DNA of 32,000 nt from the NCBI GenBank assembly GCA_001766815.1, contig LYOS01000002.1, forward strand, positions 150,001-182,000, written 5' to 3'. This DNA is from Candidatus Syntropharchaeum caldarium. GTDB lineage: Archaea; Halobacteriota; Syntropharchaeia; Syntropharchaeales; Syntropharchaeaceae. Positions within the stretch are counted from its first letter, which is position 1. Each line of letters starts with the position of its first letter. A program made the position numbers and the translations under genes. The notes below the pieces were generated by a model. The model had not been told where the DNA came from, did not search any database, and saw nothing but the letters and a program-made list of their open reading frames with translations. Below, one piece after another: positions 9,439 through 18,738 of this stretch.

Positions 9439-11145
9439 ATGGATTCCATAGAAGAGTTAAGATCGATCATAGCAGCCTCGCTTGGTGAGGTTGAAGTGGA
9501 TACCCTCCTTGCAGGCGGGATGGTTGCTGATGTATTTGCTGGAAAAATTGAGAAACGGGATGTTGCTGTTCACAACGGACGTATCGTTGGTTTTGGAAAT
9601 TACAGTGCGAAGGAGGTTATCGATCTCGAGGGCAATCTCATTGTACCTGGTTTCATAGATGGGCATGTACACATTGAGAGCTCGATGGTTACACCACCTG
9701 AGTACGCCAGAGCGGTACTTGGGCTTGGAACAACATCAATCGTCTGCGACCCACATGAGATCGCAAATGTGATGGGAAAGGAGGGGATTCGCTATATCCT
9801 TGATACGAGCAGAAATATTTTTTTAAATGTCTATGTGATGCTACCATCCTGTGTTCCCGCAACCGCGATGGAGTCGTCGGGTGCAGTACTCAGAGCTACT
9901 GACCTTCTCGAGTTCAGGGGTGAAGAGCGAGTGCGTGGACTTGCAGAGCTTATGAATTACCCGGGACTCATCGCAGGGGATGAGGAAGTTCTTGAAAAAG
10001 TTTCAGCGTTTTCTGATATGATAATTGATGGACATGCTCCGCTTTTATCTGGAAAAGAGCTTTCTGCATACTCAATTTTTGCACATTCTGATCATGAATG
10101 CACAACAGAGGAGGAGGCGCGTGAGAAGCTTGCAAAGGGTATGCGCATCATGATCCGTGAGGGAACTGGAGCAAAGAATTTTGATGAGTTGATAAAGATT
10201 GTAACGCCTGCAAATTCAAGGAGATTCTTCTTTGTATCTGATGATAGAAATCCGCTTGATCTTCTCGGTGAAGGACACATCAAACAGATGGTAACACGTG
10301 CAATAAATGCTGGACTTGATCCTGTCATTGCGATCCAGATGGCAACGCTAAATACTGCAGAATATTTTAATCTAAAAGATATTGGTGCAATTGCACCTGG
10401 TTTTATTGCGGATATGGTTGTTCTTGATGTTCTTGATGATTGCAGTCACTTGATGACGCTGAAAGACGGTGTGGTTGTTGCAAAAGATGGAAAGGTTGTT
10501 GTTGATATTCCGGTGTTCAGGAACGATCGCGGAAAAGCGACAATCAATATAAAAATGGATGGGCTCAGTGAAAAACTTAAGATATCTGGATCTGGCACTG
10601 CAAGAGTTATAAAAGTTCTGGAAGATCAGATCGTAACAGAAGAGATCAGAGAAGAGGTCGATCCTGAATCAGGACTTCCGATCGGGGATGATATACTTAA
10701 AATTGCGGTCTGTGAGCGACATACCGGGTCTGGAAATGTTGGACTTGGGTTTATCAAAGGTTTTGGAATCAAAAGTGGTGCCATCGCATCATCGGTTGCA
10801 CACGACTCACACAACATCGTGGTGGTGGGATCAGATGATTCTGATATGATTGCTGCAATCAGGGAGATTGAGCGGGTGGGAGGTGGTCAGACCGTTGTTA
10901 AAGATGGCAGCGTACTTGCTACACTTGCACTTCCGATAGCAGGGCTTATATCTGATAAACCACTTGAGGAAGTTAGAATAAGATTACTGGAGCTTAGAGA
11001 AGCTGCTAAAGAGCTTGGATGCGGACTCAAAGATCCATTCATGACGCTGTCGTTTATGGCACTGCCTGTAATCCCTTCGTTGAAGGTCACAGATAAAGGG
11101 CTATTTGATGTTTTGAATTTTGAGTTCGTGGAGTTGTTTGTGTGA
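9439..11145 (+). CDS. ade: Adenine deaminase
   Basis: About 568 aa with PGFIDGHVHIESSM at the N-terminal metal site and overall amidohydrolase architecture. I prefer the ATG at 9439, which is preceded by GGTGAT, over the listed TTG at 9433. Confidence 0.85.
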   Translation: MDSIEELRSIIAASLGEVEVDTLLAGGMVADVFAGKIEKRDVAVHNGRIVGFGNYSAKEVIDLEGNLIVPGFIDGHVHIESSMVTPPEYARAVLGLGTTSIVCDPHEIANVMGKEGIRYILDTSRNIFLNVYVMLPSCVPATAMESSGAVLRATDLLEFRGEERVRGLAELMNYPGLIAGDEEVLEKVSAFSDMIIDGHAPLLSGKELSAYSIFAHSDHECTTEEEAREKLAKGMRIMIREGTGAKNFDELIKIVTPANSRRFFFVSDDRNPLDLLGEGHIKQMVTRAINAGLDPVIAIQMATLNTAEYFNLKDIGAIAPGFIADMVVLDVLDDCSHLMTLKDGVVVAKDGKVVVDIPVFRNDRGKATINIKMDGLSEKLKISGSGTARVIKVLEDQIVTEEIREEVDPESGLPIGDDILKIAVCERHTGSGNVGLGFIKGFGIKSGAIASSVAHDSHNIVVVGSDDSDMIAAIREIERVGGGQTVVKDGSVLATLALPIAGLISDKPLEEVRIRLLELREAAKELGCGLKDPFMTLSFMALPVIPSLKVTDKGLFDVLNFEFVELFV

Positions 11146-11169
11146 TCCCTCGAAGCTTGTAACAGGTAC

Positions 11170-11179
11170 CTTTTTAAAT
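11170..11179 (+). promoter_or_regulatory. Candidate TATA box for pyrBI
   Basis: CTTTTTAAAT lies about 22-30 nt upstream of the pyrB ATG at 11201, which suggests a very short or absent leader. Confidence 0.3.
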
Positions 11180-11200
11180 CTGATATGCGTAGAGGAATTG

Positions 11201-12124
11201 ATGGGTTTTGCGAAGCGGCATATCCTCTCGATGAGGGATTTTTCAAGGGAAGAGATTGATTTAATACTCAACAGGGCGATTGAACTCGAACCTTTCGCAA
11301 AGGGAAAAAGATCTGATCGTCTAAGGGGCAAGATTCTTGCAAATCTCTTCTTTGAACCAAGCACCCGCACCCGTATATCCTTTGAGACCGCGATGAAACG
11401 GCTTGGAGGAGAGGTTTTAAACCTTGATTCTACAGAAGGAAGCTCGATCTCGAAGGGTGAGACACTTGCAGATACTATAAGGGTTATAAGTGGATATTCA
11501 GATATAATTGTGCTTAGACATCCTAAAGAAGGTGCTGCAAGGCTTGCATCAGAGTTCTCATCCGTACCACTGATAAATGCAGGCGATGGAGCAGGGCATC
11601 ACCCAACACAGACCCTGCTTGATCTTTACACGATAAAGAGGGAGAGTAAGCTTGAAGGCTTGCGGATTGCGCTTGTTGGAGATCTGAAGTATGGAAGGAC
11701 GGTGCACTCACTGAGTATTGCGCTCTCCTACTATGGTGCCAGGATCATGCTCGTATCACCGCCTGCGCTCAGGATGAGTGAGGCGATAAAGAACGATCTC
11801 ATAAGTTCTGGTGCTGACATATCAGAGTTTGAGAACATCCAGGATGTTATTTCCGATATCGATGTTCTGTATGTTACAAGAATCCAGAAAGAACGATTTC
11901 CAATCCTCTCTGAGTACAATAAAGTTGCAGGATCGTACCGTATTGATATGAAGCTGCTTGAAAAAGCGAATGAGAATCTCATCATCATGCACCCGCTGCC
12001 AAGAGTGGATGAGATCGATCCAGAGGTTGATAGGACTCCACATGCAGCCTACTTCAAACAGGCATTCTATGGCGTTCCTGTCAGAATGGCGCTCCTGACA
12101 CTGCTCATGGAGGTTGATGGGTGA
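11201..12124 (+). CDS. pyrB: Aspartate carbamoyltransferase catalytic subunit
   Basis: Motifs FFEPSTRTRISFE, HPTQ and HPLPR are present. The start is set at the internal Met (MGFAKRHILSMRDF...). The listed 27-codon extension overlaps the ade 3' end and the promoter-like tract. Confidence 0.92.
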   Translation: MGFAKRHILSMRDFSREEIDLILNRAIELEPFAKGKRSDRLRGKILANLFFEPSTRTRISFETAMKRLGGEVLNLDSTEGSSISKGETLADTIRVISGYSDIIVLRHPKEGAARLASEFSSVPLINAGDGAGHHPTQTLLDLYTIKRESKLEGLRIALVGDLKYGRTVHSLSIALSYYGARIMLVSPPALRMSEAIKNDLISSGADISEFENIQDVISDIDVLYVTRIQKERFPILSEYNKVAGSYRIDMKLLEKANENLIIMHPLPRVDEIDPEVDRTPHAAYFKQAFYGVPVRMALLTLLMEVDG

Positions 12125-12594
12125 TGAAGAATGGGGATCAGGAGCTAAGAGTCAAGAAGATCGAGAATGGCACGGTCATCGATCATATAGCAGCAGGACA
12201 GGCGCTGAATGTCCTCAAGATACTTGGGATAACAGGAAGCACCGATGCAGTGGTGAGCCTTGTGATGAATGTATCGAGCAGGAAGATGGGGTCCAAGGAT
12301 ATTCTAAAGATTGAGGATAGGGAGCTTGCACCAGAGGAAGTTGATCGTATCGCTTTGATCGCACCAGGGGCAAAGATTAATATCATCAGAAACTATCGTG
12401 TGGTAGAGAAGCACAGTGTCGATCTGCCTCATGTGATCCAGGGGATCTTGCGATGTGCAAACCCGAACTGCATCTCAAACACAAACGAACCCGTCAAATC
12501 AAAGTTTGTGGTTACAAAATCTCATGAGAGACCGGTCTTCAGGTGCTTCTACTGCGAAGAGCGGCTCGATGATGCAATGGAGCATCTCATCTGA
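12121..12594 (+). CDS. pyrI: Aspartate carbamoyltransferase regulatory subunit
   Basis: 157 aa with VKKIENGTVIDHI and a C-terminal zinc cluster C..C...C..C (CANPNCIS...FRCFYCE). There is a 4-nt overlap with pyrB. Confidence 0.9.
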   Translation: MMKNGDQELRVKKIENGTVIDHIAAGQALNVLKILGITGSTDAVVSLVMNVSSRKMGSKDILKIEDRELAPEEVDRIALIAPGAKINIIRNYRVVEKHSVDLPHVIQGILRCANPNCISNTNEPVKSKFVVTKSHERPVFRCFYCEERLDDAMEHLI

Positions 12595-12595
12595 A

Positions 12596-12680
12596 GCGGG
12601 GATCGCCAAGCCAGGTCAAAGGCGCAGGATTCAGGGTCCTGTCTCGCAGGAGTTCGAGGGTTCGAATCCCTCTCCCCGCA
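12596..12680 (+). tRNA. tRNA-Leu (anticodon CAG), class II with long variable arm, no encoded CCA
   Basis: Hand-folded cloverleaf. Acceptor stem GCGGGGA/TCCCCGC with discriminator A. D stem GCC/GGC. Anticodon stem CAGGA/TCCTG with loop TTCAGGG (anticodon CAG, G37). 14-nt variable arm. T arm GAGGG-TTCGAAT-CCCTC. Confidence 0.9.
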
Positions 12681-12719
12681 TAAGTCTGTTAAGCTAATAA
12701 GAGATAATAAAATGATATT

Positions 12720-13736
12720 ATGAAGAAAAATACTATATTGGTAGTTATATCGTTGATTCTGCTTTTTTGTGCGCCTGGTTGTATCGGTGAAAATACACCA
12801 TCTGAAAAGATTGTTTTAAAAGTTTACCATGCAGGGAGCCTCGCAGTACCTTTTGAAGAAGTAGAGAAAGAATTTGAGGCACTTCATCCAAATGTGGACG
12901 TACAGCGGGAGGCGTATGGTAGTGTGGCAGCGATAAGGCAGGTGACCGACGTTGGAAAACTATGTGACGTTCTTGCATCTGCGGATTACTCACTGATTCC
13001 CGATATGATGTATCCAGATTACGCAGACTGGTATCTCAGGTTTGCAACAAACGAGATCGTTCTTGGGTATAACAGGGAGAAGAGTAGATATGCAGATGAG
13101 ATTACGCCTCAAAACTGGTATGAAATTCTTCAGAGAGATGGCGTAACCTTCGGATTCTCGAACCCAAATCTCGACCCATGTGGCTACAGAGCAGTGATGG
13201 TATGCAGGCTTGCAGAGCTATCTTATGGGGAAGCGAATCTATTTGATGATCTTATCCTGAAAAATACCGCAATCACAATAACCGAAGAAAACGGAACCTA
13301 TCTAATAAAAACACCAGAAAACCTCGCACCAAAGACCGATAAAATAACGATAAAGCCAAAAGAGACAGATCTTACAGCACTCGTTGAGATGGGTGGACTT
13401 GATTATTATTTCATCTATAGAAGCGTTGCGGTTCAGCATAACCTGAGTTTTGTGGATCTTCCAGAAGAGATAGACCTGAGCAGTGTGGAGTATGCCGACC
13501 TATACAAAAAAGTCAAGTTACAGACTGCAGATGGTAAAATAAAGACAGCAAAACCGATTGTGTATGGTATAACCGTCCCGAAGAACGCGCCACACCCTGA
13601 GATCGGGCTTGAGTTTGTGAAGTTCGTGATAAGTGCGGATGGACAGCGTATCTTTGATTCTGCCGGGCAACCTCCGATTGTACCTGCGGTTGGAGAAGGA
13701 GAGGTGCCTGGAGAGTTGGGAATCCCGAAGCACTAA
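12720..13736 (+). CDS. wtpA: Periplasmic-type tungstate/molybdate-binding protein (WtpA-like ABC substrate-binding lipoprotein)
   Basis: 338 aa. The signal peptide has a lipobox-like LFCAPGC. The mature part reads VYHAGSL..PFEE....F...HPNV.VQREA.GS......V....K..DV.ASADY, typical of archaeal WtpA/ModA-type binding proteins. Confidence 0.65.
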   Translation: MKKNTILVVISLILLFCAPGCIGENTPSEKIVLKVYHAGSLAVPFEEVEKEFEALHPNVDVQREAYGSVAAIRQVTDVGKLCDVLASADYSLIPDMMYPDYADWYLRFATNEIVLGYNREKSRYADEITPQNWYEILQRDGVTFGFSNPNLDPCGYRAVMVCRLAELSYGEANLFDDLILKNTAITITEENGTYLIKTPENLAPKTDKITIKPKETDLTALVEMGGLDYYFIYRSVAVQHNLSFVDLPEEIDLSSVEYADLYKKVKLQTADGKIKTAKPIVYGITVPKNAPHPEIGLEFVKFVISADGQRIFDSAGQPPIVPAVGEGEVPGELGIPKH

Positions 13737-13763
13737 CTATGTTTGCTTGAGAATTGAGACAGA

Positions 13764-14435
13764 CTAAATCTCTTCCCACTCGCCCCTCCCCATATCAGAC
13801 TCTCTGAGCCAGATCGCCCAGCAGATGAATACCTGCGAGTAACCGATCTGCTTTGATAATTTTTCCATCTCATCGATGAAAGAGAGATCATTCCTGGCTG
13901 TAATTCCAAACTCGCGCTCGATGACCCGTTTTATAATCTTATCAGGCATCGAGGTATCAACACCTGCCTGCATCCGCAGGTACTGAAACGTATTGATCCC
14001 AACTCCTTTGACTTTCCCAACAGGATCGCTCTTCCACCTGTGGTGATCTGTCGCGGCTGCCCAGCTTTTCAGTGTTTCAAGATCAGACTGAAAACCATTC
14101 TCATCTCGCATCCCATCAAGAACTTCTGCAACTCCAGTTGCGACATTCCATGCACGCCTGTTATTGAGTATCCTCAGAAGATCGGGATCATCGGGCGTGT
14201 ATTTTGCAAGTTCAGCAAAAGATGTAATCTTTCCGGATGCTATGAAGCGTTCGTTGAATCGCTTAACCCTTGGAACAACGATATTGAAGTAGGAAAGCCC
14301 GATTGAGTCGAGGGCTGCATCCACAACCATGAGTACTGGTTCACCGCCCCATCTTGAAGCATTGAGGCAACGTCTCTCACCCTCTCTTGCAGCATCAAGG
14401 ACATTCTCAAACTGCTCTTCAAAGATCGTCCGCAT
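13764..14435 (-). CDS. Hypothetical protein with a helix-hairpin-helix-like segment
   Basis: 223 aa with host-like composition. GKVKGVGINTFQYLRMQAGVDTSMPD resembles the HhH plus downstream Asp of EndoIII/OGG-type proteins. This is weak pattern recognition only. Confidence 0.45.
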   Translation of the reverse strand: MRTIFEEQFENVLDAAREGERRCLNASRWGGEPVLMVVDAALDSIGLSYFNIVVPRVKRFNERFIASGKITSFAELAKYTPDDPDLLRILNNRRAWNVATGVAEVLDGMRDENGFQSDLETLKSWAAATDHHRWKSDPVGKVKGVGINTFQYLRMQAGVDTSMPDKIIKRVIEREFGITARNDLSFIDEMEKLSKQIGYSQVFICWAIWLRESDMGRGEWEEI

Positions 14436-14543
14436 GTAAACCTTCAGGACATATATACATTCATTGATTAAAACGGATACCTTTAATAACTCAAAGATTC
14501 GATAAAATGTAATTGATTGTGTTCGAATGTATGAGGGATAGGA

Positions 14544-14924
14544 ATGAACGAGGTTATATTGATAACAGGGAGAACAATTGCACAGGGATCGAATCTTGAG
14601 AACAAGATGTCTGATGCATATATTGATGCTGCAGCACGGTGTGAGATGAATGAGAATCTTTTGACCAGGATCGGTGCTTCAGTGGGTGATGCGGTAAAAG
14701 TTTCAACCAGGTTTGGTGAGGTCGTGGTCAATGCAGAGAAGGATGATGGCTTGCCCGATGGGCATATATTCATTCCGATGGGGCCCTGGGCAAATGCGAT
14801 CGTTGATCCAGATACGGGTGGCGTCGGTACACCCGCATTCAAGGGCGTTCCTGCAAATATTGAAAAGACAGATGAGGCGGTCTTGAGTGTCAAAGATCTG
14901 ATTGCAAGATACAGGGAGGGTTAA
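14544..14924 (+). CDS. fwdD: Formylmethanofuran dehydrogenase subunit D
   Basis: 126 aa, a small molybdopterin-dinucleotide-binding beta-barrel type (ILITGRT..QG......K......A.C.MN). It is first in the D-B-A-C gene order. Whether the enzyme is the W or the Mo isoenzyme cannot be told from sequence. Confidence 0.85.
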   Translation: MNEVILITGRTIAQGSNLENKMSDAYIDAAARCEMNENLLTRIGASVGDAVKVSTRFGEVVVNAEKDDGLPDGHIFIPMGPWANAIVDPDTGGVGTPAFKGVPANIEKTDEAVLSVKDLIARYREG

Positions 14925-14926
14925 AG

Positions 14927-16228
14927 ATGGCAGCAGAAACTGTTTCAAATGTGGTATGTCCGCTCTGCGGGTGCCTGTGTGATGATATCGAGGTCATTGT
15001 GGAGAATGGAAAGATCTCGAACGTCAAGAAAGCGTGCCCACTGGGTAAGAACAAGATAATGGGACATGATAGGATAAAAGCTCCGATGATCCGTGAGAAT
15101 GGTGAGTTTAAAGAGGTGAGTTATGATGATGCAATCGAAAAAAGCGCTCAAATCCTTGCTCAAGCAAAGCGACCCCTTCTCTATGGCTGGGCATCTTTGA
15201 TCTGTGAAGCTCAGCGAAAAGGTGTTGAACTTGCAGAAGAGATCGGTGCTCTCATCGATACAACCGCATCTGTATGTCATGGGTCAACCGTTGTCGGTGT
15301 CCAGGGAAGAGGAGCTCCTGGATGCACGCTTGGAGAGGTCAAGAACCGCGCAGATCTTGTTATCTACTGGGGATGCAACCCGCAGGAGGCACACCCGAGA
15401 CACAGGGCGAGATATGCACACAGCGTCAAAGGAATGTACAGACCAAATGGTAAGAAGGATCGAAAGGTATTTGTCATCGATGTCAGGGAGACAAAGACTG
15501 CGAAGGTCGCTGATGAGTTTGTCAAAATCGATCCAGGTTATGACTACATGGCATTCTCAGCACTTCGCACGATCCTTGCAGGACATGCTGATGTTGTTCC
15601 TGATACGGTCGGCGGAGTTGCAAAAGAGAAGCTTGTTGAGATGGTAGATGCAATGAAGTCCTGTGAGTTTGGAGTGATCTTTGGTGGTATGGGTCTGACC
15701 CAGACGAGGTGCAGGTACAAGAACCTTGAGAATGTGATCTCGCTCGTCGATGAACTCAACGCACATACAAAGTTCACACTGATCCCGATGAGGGGGCACT
15801 ACAACGTCAACGGCTCAGGGCACACACTTGCATGGCTGACAGGCTATCCTTTTGCGATCGACTTTTCAAGAGGCTATGCGTGGTACAACCCGGGTGAAAC
15901 CGCGTCAAACGATGTACTGTTGCGGCGCGAAGTCGATGCAATGATGGCGATCGCTGGAGACCCAGGCGCACATTTCCCTGGCGAGTCTTTGAGGCATATG
16001 GCAAAGATTCCACTGATTCAGATTGATCCTTATGCAAATCCAACCACGGAATTGGCTGATGTTGTGATTCCAACTGCTATATCGGGTGTTGAAGTTGATG
16101 GAACGGCTTACAGGATGGATGGTGTACCGATACGAACAAGAAAGGTTGTTGAGACCGAGTATCTCACCGATGAAGAGGTTCTTGAGAGGATACTTACAAG
16201 AGTCAGAGAACTTAAGGGAGGGAACTGA
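14927..16228 (+). CDS. fwdB: Formylmethanofuran dehydrogenase subunit B (pterin/metal subunit, Cys-type)
   Basis: 433 aa with an N-terminal FeS motif VVCPLCGCLCDD. The active-site region TASVCHGS has Cys at codon 117 (TGT at 15275-15277). There is no in-frame TGA. Confidence 0.9.
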   Translation: MAAETVSNVVCPLCGCLCDDIEVIVENGKISNVKKACPLGKNKIMGHDRIKAPMIRENGEFKEVSYDDAIEKSAQILAQAKRPLLYGWASLICEAQRKGVELAEEIGALIDTTASVCHGSTVVGVQGRGAPGCTLGEVKNRADLVIYWGCNPQEAHPRHRARYAHSVKGMYRPNGKKDRKVFVIDVRETKTAKVADEFVKIDPGYDYMAFSALRTILAGHADVVPDTVGGVAKEKLVEMVDAMKSCEFGVIFGGMGLTQTRCRYKNLENVISLVDELNAHTKFTLIPMRGHYNVNGSGHTLAWLTGYPFAIDFSRGYAWYNPGETASNDVLLRREVDAMMAIAGDPGAHFPGESLRHMAKIPLIQIDPYANPTTELADVVIPTAISGVEVDGTAYRMDGVPIRTRKVVETEYLTDEEVLERILTRVRELKGGN

Positions 16229-16230
16229 AG

Positions 16231-17931
16231 ATGACGATTCTCATAAAGAATGGGGTTGTTTTTGATCCTGCACAGGGGATTGATGGCGAAAAGATGGATA
16301 TTGCGATTGATGGGGACAAGTTCGTCGAGGATGTCTCATCTCCAGACGAGGTGATCGATGCCGGTGGCAGGATGGTTGTCCCTGGTGGCGTTGAACTTCA
16401 CACCCATATCTCAGGCGGCAAGGTCAATGCAGGCAGAATAATGCGTCCAGAGGATGGGCGGAAGGGAAGAATACCAAGGGGAAAGCTCACAAGGGCATGC
16501 AGTGGTTTCAGCGTACTCAACACATTTGCAACCGCCTATACCTACGCAAGGATGGGGTACACAACGACGTTTGAGGCAGCAATGCCACCGCTTGTTGCGC
16601 GCCATACACATGAGGAGTTTGAGGACACACCGATAACAGACAAGGGTGCGCTCGTTCTGCTCGATAACAACTGGATGACGATTGAGTATGCAAAATCAGG
16701 AGACCTCGATAAGCTTGCAGCATACGTGAGCTGGATGTTCAACGCCTCGAAGGCTTACGGGATCAAAATCGTAAATCCAGGAGGCACGGAAGCATGGGGC
16801 TGGGGCAAGAACTGCTCGATCAATGATCCTGTCCCCCGCTTTGATGTCACACCAAAAGAGATCATAAAAGCGCTTGCACAGGTGAATGAAGATCTTGGGC
16901 TGCCACACTCGATCCACATCCACTGCAACGATCTTGGACATCCTGGAAACTTCGAGACCACGATTGAGACGTATGAGGCTTTGAAGAATATAAAATCGAG
17001 TTCTGACCGACAGGTTGTCCATGCAACACACACACAGTTCCATTCGTACGGTGGATCAAACTGGGGAGACTTTGAGTCAAAAGCAGACGCAATAGCGGAT
17101 TATATTAACAAGAACGACCACGTCACGATCGATCTCGGAGTTGTGATGTTCTGTGATACCACCACGATGACAGCAGATGGTCCGATGGAGTACAGCCTCC
17201 ACACACTCTCAAGGCGCAAGTGGAGCAACCATGACGTCGAACTTGAGACAGGTTCTGGTATCATACCTGTTGCGTATTCGCCAAAGATCGGTGTCAATGC
17301 GATCCAGTGGGCGATCGGACTCGAACTTGCACTGCTCATAGACGATCCATGGAAGGTGGTTTTAACGACCGATCATCCAAACGGCTGTCCATTCACGTTC
17401 TATCCTGAGATCATCGCACTCCTGATGAGTAAGGCAAAGCGTGAGAGCATGCTCGAAACGGTGAGTAAAGCTGTCGATAAACGTGCACTTATCGCAACGA
17501 TCGATCGAGAACTTACATGGTCGGATATCATGACAATGACCCGCGCTGGACCTGCAAAGATTCTTGGGATGAGTGATACAAAAGGATCTCTTAAAGTTGG
17601 GGCAGATGCGGATCTTGCGATCTATGATATCATGCCAGAATCCTTCGATCCAACAAAAGACTACAAGACAATCGAGGATAAGCTGATGCGGACTGTGTAC
17701 ACGATTAAAGGTGGAGAGATCGTTGTAAGAGACGGTGAGATCACAGCAACACCGCATGGCAGGACATTCTGGGTAAATCCAGCTGGCAAGAAGGCAGAGG
17801 CTGCACGAGATGGGATGCTTGAAGATCTTGAGCGAATGTTTAGAGACTACTACACAGTCAGCATGGCGAACTACCCAGTACAGGATGAGTATATACCACA
17901 CGGCGTTGAGATCAGGACGGAGGTGAACTAA
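16231..17931 (+). CDS. fwdA: Formylmethanofuran dehydrogenase subunit A (amidohydrolase subunit)
   Basis: 566 aa with MTILIKNG.VFDP and GGVELHTHI metal-binding motifs. It matches FwdA in length and operon position. Confidence 0.9.
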   Translation: MTILIKNGVVFDPAQGIDGEKMDIAIDGDKFVEDVSSPDEVIDAGGRMVVPGGVELHTHISGGKVNAGRIMRPEDGRKGRIPRGKLTRACSGFSVLNTFATAYTYARMGYTTTFEAAMPPLVARHTHEEFEDTPITDKGALVLLDNNWMTIEYAKSGDLDKLAAYVSWMFNASKAYGIKIVNPGGTEAWGWGKNCSINDPVPRFDVTPKEIIKALAQVNEDLGLPHSIHIHCNDLGHPGNFETTIETYEALKNIKSSSDRQVVHATHTQFHSYGGSNWGDFESKADAIADYINKNDHVTIDLGVVMFCDTTTMTADGPMEYSLHTLSRRKWSNHDVELETGSGIIPVAYSPKIGVNAIQWAIGLELALLIDDPWKVVLTTDHPNGCPFTFYPEIIALLMSKAKRESMLETVSKAVDKRALIATIDRELTWSDIMTMTRAGPAKILGMSDTKGSLKVGADADLAIYDIMPESFDPTKDYKTIEDKLMRTVYTIKGGEIVVRDGEITATPHGRTFWVNPAGKKAEAARDGMLEDLERMFRDYYTVSMANYPVQDEYIPHGVEIRTEVN

Positions 17932-18699
17932 ATGCCAACGATTACACTCTCAATGAAGCAATCAATCACGGTTCCACTTGAAGCAGAAAATATAACTCCA
18001 GATAACCTTGCGGGCAAATCAGTTGATGAGATAAAGGCTGTTACAGTCTATCACGGAAACAGTGAGGCTGTAATCGGTGATTTTTTTGATGTAACCGTCG
18101 AGGGGTCGGGTAATGATCCTGCATCGACCGAGATCATCATGAAAGGGGATCTTACCCGTGTCAAGCGTATCGGTGAAGGCATGAGTGCTGGCTCGATTGT
18201 AATAGAGGGCGACTGTGATATGCACTGCGGTGCGTTCATGCGTGGCGGAAAGATCACTGTTAAGGGTAACGCTGATGCCTGGGCAGGGCGTGAGATGAGA
18301 GGCGGTGAGATCATCATCGAGGGTGATGCCGGCAATTACGTCGGTTCAGCGTATCGGGGTGAACTTACAGGCATGCGTGGCGGAAAGATCGTGGTTGAGG
18401 GGAACGCGGGTGATTACCTCGGTGAGCACCTCGGCGGCGGTGAGATCATCGTCAAAGGTAATACAGGCGTACTTCCAGGGCTTTCCATGACCGGTGGAAA
18501 GATCATAATCGAAGGAACTGCCACAATGCCAGGCGGTGAGATGACAAAAGGTGAGATCATCGTCAAAGGTGGTATCATCGATATGCTTCCAGGATTTAAG
18601 TTTGAGGGCGAGGAAGAGGTTGATGGTGCAACTTTAAAGAAATACACTGGCGATCTCGCAGTACGCGGTACAGGAAAGGGGATACTCCTTGTGGGGTAG
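17932..18699 (+). CDS. fwdC: Formylmethanofuran dehydrogenase subunit C
   Basis: 255 aa with reiterated G-x-G beta-helix repeats (GGKITVKGNA, GGEIIIEGDAG, GGKIVVEGNAG, GGEIIVKGNTG, GGKIIIEG). Confidence 0.9.
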   Translation: MPTITLSMKQSITVPLEAENITPDNLAGKSVDEIKAVTVYHGNSEAVIGDFFDVTVEGSGNDPASTEIIMKGDLTRVKRIGEGMSAGSIVIEGDCDMHCGAFMRGGKITVKGNADAWAGREMRGGEIIIEGDAGNYVGSAYRGELTGMRGGKIVVEGNAGDYLGEHLGGGEIIVKGNTGVLPGLSMTGGKIIIEGTATMPGGEMTKGEIIVKGGIIDMLPGFKFEGEEEVDGATLKKYTGDLAVRGTGKGILLVG

Positions 18700-18703
18700 T
18701 TCC

Positions 18704-18724
18704 CTTTTATTCTCTATTTTTTTT
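18704..18724 (+). terminator. Oligo-T tract after fwdC (archaeal terminator-like)
   Basis: The sequence reads ccttttattctctatttttttt and ends in a T8 run at 18717-18724, directly after the fwdC stop. Confidence 0.3.
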
Positions 18725-18738
18725 GAGGGGAGAATGTA

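Noticed and set aside
14483-14893. Long antisense ORFs lie opposite well-supported genes, for example 14483-14893 opposite fwdD, 7705-8145 opposite ftsZ, 6243-6758 opposite the membrane protein, 29226-29636 opposite cbiZ-cobZ and 17362-17901 opposite fwdA.
   Set aside because: These are shadow ORFs with low-complexity, Ser/Pro/Arg-rich or Cys-rich translations and no motifs. The opposite strand in each case carries a clearly recognisable protein.
15240-15290. FwdB could be a selenocysteine-containing subunit.
   Set aside because: The metal-ligand position is a TGT cysteine codon (15275-15277). There is no in-frame TGA anywhere in the gene.
18150-18570. A near-tandem DNA repeat GGTGAGATCATC(A/G)TC recurs (for example at 18301-18323, about 18436-18458 and about 18550-18572).
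   Set aside because: It is fully explained by the coding beta-helix repeats of FwdC (GGEIIIEG, GGEIIVKG, GEIIVKG). It is not an independent DNA element.
1-18700. GATC and CGATCG appear very frequent by eye in the host-like parts of the window.
   Set aside because: I did not count them. The pattern is most simply explained by codon and dipeptide usage (GAT-CGN, ATC-GAT) in this genome. No link to the frameshifted island methyltransferase can be inferred.
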